Origin: Saprospiraceae bacterium
GTDB lineage: Bacteria; Bacteroidota; Bacteroidia; Chitinophagales; Saprospiraceae
Assembly (NCBI GenBank): GCA_965263225.1
Contig: CBDHHG010000051.1
Location: 89,845-153,844 of the forward strand
Reading direction: 5' to 3'
Length of the DNA: 64,000 nucleotides
In this document: positions 1 to 7,951 of the stretch, in pieces
Layout of the letters: each line of letters begins with the position of its first letter
How positions within the stretch are numbered: the stretch's first letter is position 1
Made by a program: the position numbers and the translations under genes
The notes under the pieces: generated by a model
Told to the model about the DNA's origin: nothing
The model's database searches: none
What the model saw: only the letters and a program-made list of their open reading frames with translations

Positions 1-1
1 C

Positions 2-481
2 CCTATCGACACCTTGGAGGAGCCCAATGGTTCTTATGACTTTATTTTCTCTATAGATGTGTTTGAACACATCAAGGAAGAAGAAATGCCTTTCCGACAG
101 GCCCATGAAAAACTTCGACCAGAGGGATACCTATTGGTGAAAATTCCGAATAGAGATCAGCTCACCATTCTACCAGAGCAGTGGTTTGAGGAGCACCATG
201 ATTGGTTAGAGGATGAGCATATTGGACAGGTTTATGACCTGGAGGGCTTGCGTCAACGCATGGAAAAAGAGGGCTTCGAGATTATCTACCAGGCTTATGG
301 TGATGGCTGGTGGAGCCGCTTAGGTTGGGAGTTAGGATACCTGTCTCATAAGGCAGGCCCAATCCTGCAATTAATATGTTTGCCTGTAGCTAAACTTATG
401 GTGCGGATTGACTTTCTTTTTAAGCATCAGAAGGGAGGCAATACGATCCAGGTTATTGGTAAAAAGAAAGCGGGGGAGTGA
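2..481 (+). CDS. Class I SAM-dependent methyltransferase, C-terminal part (5' end outside the window)
   Basis: The frame is open from the window edge. 'YDFIFSIDVFEHI' resembles the motif II/III region of Rossmann-fold methyltransferases. The stop overlaps the GTG start of the next gene (GTGA). Confidence 0.6.
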   Translation, partial: PIDTLEEPNGSYDFIFSIDVFEHIKEEEMPFRQAHEKLRPEGYLLVKIPNRDQLTILPEQWFEEHHDWLEDEHIGQVYDLEGLRQRMEKEGFEIIYQAYGDGWWSRLGWELGYLSHKAGPILQLICLPVAKLMVRIDFLFKHQKGGNTIQVIGKKKAGE

Positions 482-1404
482 AACGAGACGATCCACATAG
501 CACGCCATTAGTCTCTATTATTGCGGTCAATTACAGGCAGGCAGAGCTAACTTGTGATTTCTTGGATAGCCTTAAGGAAATCGAGTACCCGGCTGTTGAA
601 GCGTGGTTGGTGGACAATGGTTGTTTAGAGGACCGGACTGCCGATTTTCAATCCCATTATGCAGGACTTGAAGTATTAATCAGTAAGGAAAATCTTGGTT
701 TCGCTGGGGGTAATAATTTAGCCATTAGAAAAGCACAAGGGCAATATGTGCTCTTAATTAATAATGACACCTTAGTGCCGAGAGATTTCCTGGGGCCCAT
801 GGTTCGCTTGATGGAGGAGCAGGAAGAAATTGGGATTGTAAGCCCTAAAATCTACTATGCCGATGCCCCTAACACTTTGCAATATGCCGGAATAAATGGG
901 ATTCACCGATTTACTGGGCGTGGCCTTAACCGGGCGAAACAAAAACGGGATGATGGCTCCTTTGATCAAAGTGGAAAGACCTATTTTGCGCATGGAGCAT
1001 GTATGTTGGTGCGAGCCGAGGTATTTGAGCAAGTAGGGGGGCTTTCAGAGGATTATTTTTTGTATTACGAGGAATTGGATTTTTGTGAAGCGGTACGAGC
1101 GTCAGGTTGGGAAATTTATTATACTGCAGAATCCCATATCCACCATCGGGAATCCAGTTCCATAGGCAAGACAAATCCTTTGAAAACCTATTATATGTTT
1201 AGGAACCGTTGGCTGTTTATGCGGAACTGGTATAGGGGAATTTCCTACTATTTATTTGTCCTATACTTCTTGTCAATCGGTGTGCCCTGGCATCTATTTA
1301 AACATTGGCGGAAAGGAGAAAAAGAACATGTACAAGCTATATGGAAAGGAGTGCAGTGGCACTTCAGTTCAAAGAAAATGACAGTGGATGAGAGATTTGC
1401 TTAA
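478..1404 (+). CDS. Glycosyltransferase family 2 (GT-A fold)
   Basis: N-terminal 'VSIIAVNYRQ', 'VDNGCLED' and 'LLINNDT' (DXD-like), and the 'GACMLVRAEVFEQVGGLSEDYFLYYEELDFC' signature typical of rhamnosyl/GT2 transferases. Confidence 0.85.
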   Translation: MKRDDPHSTPLVSIIAVNYRQAELTCDFLDSLKEIEYPAVEAWLVDNGCLEDRTADFQSHYAGLEVLISKENLGFAGGNNLAIRKAQGQYVLLINNDTLVPRDFLGPMVRLMEEQEEIGIVSPKIYYADAPNTLQYAGINGIHRFTGRGLNRAKQKRDDGSFDQSGKTYFAHGACMLVRAEVFEQVGGLSEDYFLYYEELDFCEAVRASGWEIYYTAESHIHHRESSSIGKTNPLKTYYMFRNRWLFMRNWYRGISYYLFVLYFLSIGVPWHLFKHWRKGEKEHVQAIWKGVQWHFSSKKMTVDERFA

Positions 1405-1999
1405 AAGAGAATGGAACAAGGTGAAAAATGAGAGAGATACCCCTTCCATGCCTCTTGCCGCCTGGCGCTTGGCGAAAAGGCTATTGCATTTAGCGAGTAG
1501 TTTTTTTCGCGGAAAGCTGTATTTCCGCAAGGCAACATGGAGTGGAAAATTGGTCTTTGCTAAAGGTCGGCCCAGGGTGCAGCAGCAGGGGCGACTTGAA
1601 CTGGGACATTTGGTTCGCATTTGGTCCAATATCAACCCCACTCATATCCTGATTGGCAAGGAAGGGCTCCTATCGATCGGTGAGGGTACCTATATAAACG
1701 GCGCTTTGATCGCGGTAGAAAAAGAAGTGAAAATCGGGCAAAATTGCTACTTGGCTCCCATGGTACAGATTCTTGATAATGATGAATTTGGTTTAGGATT
1801 GGACGGTAGGCAAGAAGCAAAGCCAGTAGTCATAGAGGAAGATGCCTGGCTAGCGACTCGATCGATGATTATGAAAGGGGTTAGGGTTGGAAAAGGGGCT
1901 GTAGTAGCCGTGGGAGCAGTGGTAGAGGAGGATGTCGCTCCGTATACATTAGTAGCAGGTGTGCCTGCGAGACCTATTCGACAACTTAGAGCTATCTAA
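1388..1999 (+). CDS. Hexapeptide-repeat (left-handed beta-helix) O-acyltransferase
   Basis: C-terminal 'DAWLATRSMIMKGVRVGKGAVVAVGAVVEEDVAPYTLVAGVPARPIRQL' is a classic LbH acetyltransferase signature. The ATG start is supported by N-terminal similarity to the downstream paralog. Confidence 0.8.
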   Translation: MRDLLKREWNKVKNERDTPSMPLAAWRLAKRLLHLASSFFRGKLYFRKATWSGKLVFAKGRPRVQQQGRLELGHLVRIWSNINPTHILIGKEGLLSIGEGTYINGALIAVEKEVKIGQNCYLAPMVQILDNDEFGLGLDGRQEAKPVVIEEDAWLATRSMIMKGVRVGKGAVVAVGAVVEEDVAPYTLVAGVPARPIRQLRAI

Positions 2000-2002
2000 T
2001 TG

Positions 2003-2548
2003 ATGAAGAATATGTTCAAGGAATTGTGGAATCGACTCAAAAACCGATGGTATCTGAGTAGCACGAATAACTGGGGAGATAGTGTAGTTCTACTGAAACG
2101 GCCATCCATAGAAAACAAAGGCTGGCTCAGCATTGGTCACCGGACACAGATTCGATCAGATATACATCGTTCTCGACTAGCCGTTCAAACTGGTGCACGC
2201 CTGGTGATTGGTGATGATTGTTGGATCAATGGAGCTATGATCGCGGCTACAGTGTCTGTAACAATTGGCAACAATTGTCGTTTGGCTCCCTTTGTGCATA
2301 TTATGGACGGAGATTTTCATGACTTGCAGGATCGTGCTCTGCCAGGAGAATCTGCTCCAATTGTACTAGAAGACGATGTTAGAGTAGGAATTCGAGTAAT
2401 CATCCTCAAAGGGGTAACCGTACACAAAGGCGCTGCCATTGCCCCTGGCGCCATAGTAACCAAGGATGTTCCTCCTAATACCCTGGTGGCAGGCGTGCCA
2501 GCTAAACCTATAAAGAAATTGGAAGCATACTCCGACAGTTTAATATAG
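2003..2548 (+). CDS. Hexapeptide-repeat O-acyltransferase (tandem paralog)
   Basis: 'DDVRVGIRVIILKGVTVHKGAAIAPGAIVTKDVPPNTLVAGVPAKPIKKL'. The N-terminus 'MFKELWNRLKNR' parallels 'LLKREWNKVKNE' of the upstream gene. A TTG at 2000 is an alternative start. Confidence 0.8.
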   Translation: MKNMFKELWNRLKNRWYLSSTNNWGDSVVLLKRPSIENKGWLSIGHRTQIRSDIHRSRLAVQTGARLVIGDDCWINGAMIAATVSVTIGNNCRLAPFVHIMDGDFHDLQDRALPGESAPIVLEDDVRVGIRVIILKGVTVHKGAAIAPGAIVTKDVPPNTLVAGVPAKPIKKLEAYSDSLI

Positions 2549-2676
2549 AATTACGACAAACAGTTCAATCTAATCCAAGGCCTCATTTATCATACCTACA
2601 TACCTCTATTCTGATAGAGCAAGAGAAACTACACTCTACACAACAGAATTACTCAATTATCCAAAAAACAGGCATT

Positions 2677-3861
2677 GTGACCACGATTTTTTTTGTTTCT
2701 CTCTTGATTTGTGTGTATACCTATTTAGGCTATGGAATTGTCATCTGGCTACTAGTGAAGATGAAAGAACTGGGAACTAGGATTCGCATCCTTCCCAGCA
2801 TTGAAGAAACCAGCGATTGGCCAGCTGTAACACTTTTGGTAGCTGCGTATAATGAGGCTGATATCTTAGCCGAAAAACTTGAAAATTGCTATGCACTTGA
2901 CTATCCATCTGAACATCTACATCTGCTTTTCGTGACGGACGGTTCGAACGATGCTTCGGCGGAAATCTTAGCCTCAGAAGAAGGAATCACGCATTTACAC
3001 GAAGCCGCAAGGAATGGGAAAATTGCGGCGGTCAAACGGGCCATGCAATTTGTCCAAACAGAGTATGTGGTTTTTACAGATGCGAATACTTTCCTGAATC
3101 CTCTAAGTATTAAGCGCTTGGTTCGCCATTTTACTGACCCAAACACGGGAGCCGTGGCTGGAGAAAAGCGTGTTAGACAAGAGGGGGATAAAGCGGCAAG
3201 TGGAGCAGGGGAGGGGCTTTATTGGAAGTATGAATCTTTTCTGAAGCAGCTGGATGCCCGTTTTTATAGCGTTGTAGGAGCGGCCGGTGAACTATATGCT
3301 ATTCGTACAGCTTTGTTTCAACCTGTACCTGCTGATGCCATTCTTGATGATTTCGAACAGACCTTGAAGATAGCTCAAGCTGGGTATCGGGTGGGGTATG
3401 AACCTGATGCCTTTGCCGAAGAAGAACCTTCTGCTGATTTGCAGGAAGAATTGAAGCGAAAGGTGAGGATATGCGCTGGAGGGTTCCAGGCCATGTCCAG
3501 GTTACTTCCCTTATTAAATATATTCCAATTCGGCCGTCTTTCCTTTCAATATATTTCCCATCGGGTACTTCGGTGGACTTTGGCTCCACTTTGCTTGCCG
3601 ATCGCTTTGATCAGTAACGTATACCTAGCCTATTGCACAAATTCCAGTCTGATTAAATTCCTTTTGTTACTACAGATCGGGTTTTATGTGCAAGCTTTAT
3701 TGGGATATGGTATGCAGGATCGCAAAATCTCCATTAAAGGCTTCTTTGTGCCTCTTTATTTTTGCATCATGAATTATGCAGTATACGCTGGGTTCATGCG
3801 ATACATTCGAAAGAAGCAGAGTGTGAACTGGGAAAAAGCCAAAAGAGCTAGTCAGGCCTAG
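2677..3861 (+). CDS. Membrane-embedded family 2 glycosyltransferase (processive synthase-like)
   Basis: N-terminal TM helix, 'LVAAYNEADIL', 'VTDGSNDAS', 'FTDANT', 'HRVLRW' (Q/RxxRW-like) and C-terminal TM helices. GTG start. Confidence 0.8.
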   Translation: MTTIFFVSLLICVYTYLGYGIVIWLLVKMKELGTRIRILPSIEETSDWPAVTLLVAAYNEADILAEKLENCYALDYPSEHLHLLFVTDGSNDASAEILASEEGITHLHEAARNGKIAAVKRAMQFVQTEYVVFTDANTFLNPLSIKRLVRHFTDPNTGAVAGEKRVRQEGDKAASGAGEGLYWKYESFLKQLDARFYSVVGAAGELYAIRTALFQPVPADAILDDFEQTLKIAQAGYRVGYEPDAFAEEEPSADLQEELKRKVRICAGGFQAMSRLLPLLNIFQFGRLSFQYISHRVLRWTLAPLCLPIALISNVYLAYCTNSSLIKFLLLLQIGFYVQALLGYGMQDRKISIKGFFVPLYFCIMNYAVYAGFMRYIRKKQSVNWEKAKRASQA

Positions 3862-3903
3862 ACGTGGAAGAAAAGAGCGGGTTTGTTCACAGTTGGAGAT
3901 CGC

Positions 3904-4629
3904 TTATATCGGCATGATTCGTTCCAGCAGGCCAGCTCTATGGGCTCGGCTGATCGGAATGACCTTTCGATCAATCACCAGGGTGTTTTCTTCAATATCC
4001 ACAATCTTGTTTAGGTTCACGATATAAGATCGGTGCACCTTGATAAAGTTTGGATGTTGAATCTTGGCACCTATGTTTTTCAAGGAAGATTGCACTACGA
4101 ATTGCTGACCATTTTGTAGTTTAAAAATGGAATAATCTCCAGTTGTTTCAACGTACAATAGATCTTCGAGATTGATTCGGACCAGGCGTTTCTCCGATTT
4201 TACAAAGATAAAATCATCGCTTGTATAAGTGGGGATGGGAGAAGTAGTGTCAGCGGTGGTTTCAGCTGCATTGCTCCTTTGTGCCTTGAAACGGTTAATA
4301 GCGCGTAGTAAGCGCATACTAGCGACGGGTTTTACGATATAATCAACCACGTGATCGATAAGATCAAATGCCTTAATAGCATAGTTTTCTTTGGCAGTTG
4401 TAAAAATGATTCCCGGTACTTGTTCCATATTTTTAACAAACTCAATGCCGGAGCAATCTGGCATTTCAATATCTAGGAAAATCAGATCTACCGGATGTTG
4501 AGACAAGTAGTCGTTGGCTGCCAGGGCATTATCAAATATCCCCATAATTTCAACATCGGGTAGCTTTTGACAGATCCCCTGAATATGGACACGGGACATT
4601 TCTTCATCATCAACAATTAGGCAACGCAT
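3904..4629 (-). CDS. LytTR-family response regulator (REC + LytTR DNA-binding domain)
   Basis: 'MRCLIVDDEEMSR...DLIFLDIEMPDCSGIEF' forms the receiver domain. The C-terminal 'FIKVHRSYIVNLNKI' is the LytTR signature. Confidence 0.9.
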   Translation of the reverse strand: MRCLIVDDEEMSRVHIQGICQKLPDVEIMGIFDNALAANDYLSQHPVDLIFLDIEMPDCSGIEFVKNMEQVPGIIFTTAKENYAIKAFDLIDHVVDYIVKPVASMRLLRAINRFKAQRSNAAETTADTTSPIPTYTSDDFIFVKSEKRLVRINLEDLLYVETTGDYSIFKLQNGQQFVVQSSLKNIGAKIQHPNFIKVHRSYIVNLNKIVDIEENTLVIDRKVIPISRAHRAGLLERIMPI

Positions 4630-4635
4630 TTAATC

Positions 4636-6465
4636 TTAGGGATTTATGAATTGAAATTCTTCCAGTTTCTTTTTTTCTGAGGCGACGAGATGGAGGCTTT
4701 CTAAAACGGCTGCCTTGAACCTTTGAAAATGTTCTTTCATGCTGGGTCCTCTCTGAGACTGCTGACTTTGATCCTCCAATTGCTTGGCAATAGTACTTAC
4801 GTAGTTCAGCCCTACCATGGTAAAGGTAGGTTTGATTTTATGGACTGAGTCGTTTAGCGACAGCCAATCGCCTTTTTCCCACTGGTTTTCTATTTCTGCA
4901 AAAGTGTTCGGGGTATTCTTTAGGAAGATATCGAACATGAGGCCAACCTGATCATAGTTATCCATGTACAATTCTCTCAAGCGTAAATGATCAAATACGG
5001 GTGAGAATTGGAAGGATGCAGGAGTGTGCTTAGCCGAAAGTCTCCTTTCGTGCTTCTGTAAAACAGTAAAAATATCCTGTGGACTGAAGGGCTTGGTTAA
5101 GTAGTCGTCCATGCCTACGGCTTTTGCTTTCTCACGGTCAGCCACGGAAGTTGAGCCGCTGGTTGCTATTACGGGGATAGTCCGATTAGTGATCTTTGCC
5201 GAATTCCGAAGGTGAATGCAGGTCTCAAAGCCATTCTTTAGCGGAATCCGCAAGTCAATGAACGCCAAGTCAAAAGGCTCCTGATCTAGTTTCTCTGTCG
5301 CCTTTACACCCGTATCCACACAAGTCACCTGATAACCCATTTTTTCAAGAACGGACTGAAGATAAACTTGGTTGAGTCGGTTGTCTTCTACTACGAGAAT
5401 GCGTTTTAAGCCCGGATGGGCAGCGGGCGTGAATTCTATTCCCTGCTTGTTTTCAATTCCGGCTTGTTCGCGGTTGATTCGGAAAGGAAGCTGCACTGTA
5501 AAGCTGGAGCCTTTACCTAATTCACTCTCTACTTCTATATTGCCGCCAAGCAAATCAAGGATATTCTTAGATATGGCTAATCCTAAACCGGCACCTTGCT
5601 GTCGGTATTTGACTTGGCCACTCTGCTCGAATCTCTTAAAGATCTGGGATTTTGCCTGGGGAGAAAAGCCAATCCCCGTATCAGAAATAGTAAAGGATAT
5701 CCAGCAAATATTAGACTTGATGGCGATGGGTTCCACCGAAAAGCTAATCTGCCCTTTTTCTGTAAACTTGATGGCATTTCCCAATAGATTGAGCAAAATT
5801 TGATACAGTAAGACTTTATCGCCGAGTAGATTGGCAGGAAGTTCAGGTGAAAGGTAGTATTTAAAGTGTACAGGTTTCTCCCATAGGCGGAATTCAGTGG
5901 TTTTAGCTAGAGAATTTAGAAGAGCAACTAAGTCAAAATGGGCTAAGGTAGGTTCGATCTGCCCACGGTCCATCTTACCTAGTTCCAGCGCATTGGTCAT
6001 CATGGCAAGTAATAGGTCACTAGCTTGCTTGAGGTGCCCTAGATATCTTTGCGGCTTCTTTGCTGTAAGCTCATCTTGCAAAAGACTCGTCATGCCCACG
6101 ATAGTGTTGACACTGTTTCGAATCTCATGACTAAGATTGGCTAGGTAATTCTTGTTAGCGGTATTCTCTTGTTGGACTTGCTTTAACTCATTCTCTAGAA
6201 TAGAGATTTTGTTGAGTAAGAATTCACGTTCCGTTCCTGAGCATGGAAAATCGTCCGTGAGGACATTTCCTTTAGTGGAGTGAATCGGTGGTCTTACAGG
6301 AAATGCATAATTCCCTGTAACCAGCTGCTGAGCTTTAAATGAGAGTTCAGAGCGAAGTATTGCCTGGGCAGCAGAAACCTGAGTGAGTTTTTCAACTCCT
6401 TCAGTGAGCACATTTTGATTCCGCTTACCAGCACTGGACAAACGCCCTTGTCCGGCCTGATCCAT
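4636..6465 (-). CDS. Hybrid histidine kinase (HisKA-HATPase-REC-HPt) with no recognisable sensor or TM region
   Basis: H-box 'LANLSHEIRNSVNTI', N/G boxes 'LLNLLGNAIKFT' and 'DTGIGF...GAGLGLAISK', receiver 'ILVVEDNRLNQ...DLAFIDLRIP', and an HPt-like 'SVHKIKPTFTMVGL'. Confidence 0.9.
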   Translation of the reverse strand: MDQAGQGRLSSAGKRNQNVLTEGVEKLTQVSAAQAILRSELSFKAQQLVTGNYAFPVRPPIHSTKGNVLTDDFPCSGTEREFLLNKISILENELKQVQQENTANKNYLANLSHEIRNSVNTIVGMTSLLQDELTAKKPQRYLGHLKQASDLLLAMMTNALELGKMDRGQIEPTLAHFDLVALLNSLAKTTEFRLWEKPVHFKYYLSPELPANLLGDKVLLYQILLNLLGNAIKFTEKGQISFSVEPIAIKSNICWISFTISDTGIGFSPQAKSQIFKRFEQSGQVKYRQQGAGLGLAISKNILDLLGGNIEVESELGKGSSFTVQLPFRINREQAGIENKQGIEFTPAAHPGLKRILVVEDNRLNQVYLQSVLEKMGYQVTCVDTGVKATEKLDQEPFDLAFIDLRIPLKNGFETCIHLRNSAKITNRTIPVIATSGSTSVADREKAKAVGMDDYLTKPFSPQDIFTVLQKHERRLSAKHTPASFQFSPVFDHLRLRELYMDNYDQVGLMFDIFLKNTPNTFAEIENQWEKGDWLSLNDSVHKIKPTFTMVGLNYVSTIAKQLEDQSQQSQRGPSMKEHFQRFKAAVLESLHLVASEKKKLEEFQFINP

Positions 6466-6922
6466 GTTTTGCAGTGTTTGTTTTTGTAAGACTAAACTGA
6501 CCTATTTATCAAAAATGACTAACGACACATCTGGCATTGACGAATAATGACAAACAACCAGGGTACTATCATTCTCAGAAGAAATAAGCTCGACGTCAAA
6601 GTAGTTTTTAGTGTTGTCTGGATAAGGGGAAAATGTTTTTAACGCTGCGGAATTTCAACAACAATTTAATACGGGATGCTGGAGGATAATGTTTCAAATT
6701 AGAATAAAGAACGATAATCGGAGATCGTTCTTCGGAAGGGGGGATGGCTACGATGGTTGGTATTAGATATTTGGTGCAAGAACACCGGCCTCAAAAGATT
6801 AGAAGGATTTACAATTTCTTGGCACTAAGATAGGAATAAATTAAAGAAAAAACGTATTTTATATATAAAATTTATAAACGACGTGCTACCGAACACCATC
6901 CGTTCAAATCGGGGGATCAACA

Positions 6923-7507
6923 TCAATGCAATGCTGCTCGTATCGGCAGATTATCTATAATTTCTCCCTCTTGCTCCATCCACCACTCCAATCGCCCGTA
7001 CACTCTATCTTTGGGGAAATACTCAAGTGCCATCTTCACATAAATGTGCCCGTGTTTAGCCTCAGAGGTCCATAACATCTTATAAAATCGCTTTAGATCC
7101 GGATCCGTCAAGCCTTCTTCGATGAGCCTGAAACGTTCAGCGCCACGGGTTTCGAAGACCGATGCAATTAATAGTCGATCCAGTAGCCTTTCTTCAATTC
7201 CCGAGTGCATCCGTTTCATTAGCCCTTTGATGTAGGGATCTTCGGGCATGGATGGAAGGAGCTGTACGCCTCTTTTTTCCATCAGTGCATAAACTTCCTG
7301 GAAGTGTTCCAACTCTTCCAGTGCTGTATCAATTAATGCTGGAATGATTTCGGTTCGATCTGGATATTTAGCAACTAAGCTCAGGGCGGCAGCGGAGGCT
7401 TTGCGTTCACAATCAGCATGATCCTGCAAGAAGGTGTTAAAATCATTCAGAACAGCTTCGGTCCATTCGGGCTTACTAGCCACCTTTATTTCCAGATTTA
7501 ATTTCAT
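6923..7507 (-). CDS. miaE: tRNA-(ms2io6A37)-hydroxylase MiaE (di-iron)
   Basis: 'LQDHADCERKASAAAL', 'EELEHFQEV', 'ETRGAERF' and 'SEAKHGHIY' match the MiaE ferritin-like di-iron motifs. Start set at the internal ATG (MKLNLEI), giving about 194 aa. Confidence 0.8.
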   Translation of the reverse strand: MKLNLEIKVASKPEWTEAVLNDFNTFLQDHADCERKASAAALSLVAKYPDRTEIIPALIDTALEELEHFQEVYALMEKRGVQLLPSMPEDPYIKGLMKRMHSGIEERLLDRLLIASVFETRGAERFRLIEEGLTDPDLKRFYKMLWTSEAKHGHIYVKMALEYFPKDRVYGRLEWWMEQEGEIIDNLPIRAALH

Positions 7508-7862
7508 CTTTATTTCCCTGTTACGGTTTAAAGTACTTTTTAGTCTCCTAGCTAAAATAAGGAGAGGGAGGCAGACAAAGGTAAGGAAGATCAGGAGGAT
7601 GAACCCTGTCAAGGGAGAACGATTTGCCGACTTATTTGATATGGGCGAAGTGAGGTGTGTATAGTGTGTTGAATATTATATGTATAAGTCTTAAGACCTA
7701 CTTGATGATTCCGGCTGTTTAGTGTTCATGAGATGGGTGCCTGAGATGCTGGTTCTCTGTCTATTTTGGGTTGTTTTTCAAGGTCCATTTCGACCATATT
7801 GATTTTTTCAAGTTTAAGCAAATTAATAGTGTTTTATAAACACTTTGATGATAGATATTTTG

Positions 7863-7870
7863 TATCTTTG
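7863..7870 (+). promoter_or_regulatory. Bacteroidota sigma-A -7 box (TATCTTTG) upstream of gyrA
   Basis: Matches TAnnTTTG about 80 nt upstream of the gyrA ATG. The nearest TTTG (-33 candidate, 7844-7847) is closer than the usual spacing. Confidence 0.5.
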
Positions 7871-7951
7871 CGGGGTTACAGTAGAGCGACAAAAAGAAAA
7901 TTCTCTTGCCTGCTTTTCCTAGAAATTATTTAATCGATTCAAAAGATTTAG

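Noticed and set aside
5372-5803. 143-aa plus-strand ORF inside the hybrid histidine kinase gene
   Set aside because: It is antisense to the HATPase/REC coding region and has no motifs.
6895-6925. GTTCAAATC string resembling a tRNA T-loop
   Set aside because: There are no complementary T-stem arms, no acceptor or anticodon stems, and no D-loop motifs nearby. It overlaps the miaE stop region.
7508-7612. 35-codon hydrophobic N-terminal extension of miaE (ORF-track start at 7612)
   Set aside because: MiaE is a soluble protein of about 195 aa. The internal ATG at 7507 gives the expected length, and the extension looks like a chance open frame. This is not certain, and a membrane-anchored variant cannot be excluded without homolog alignment.
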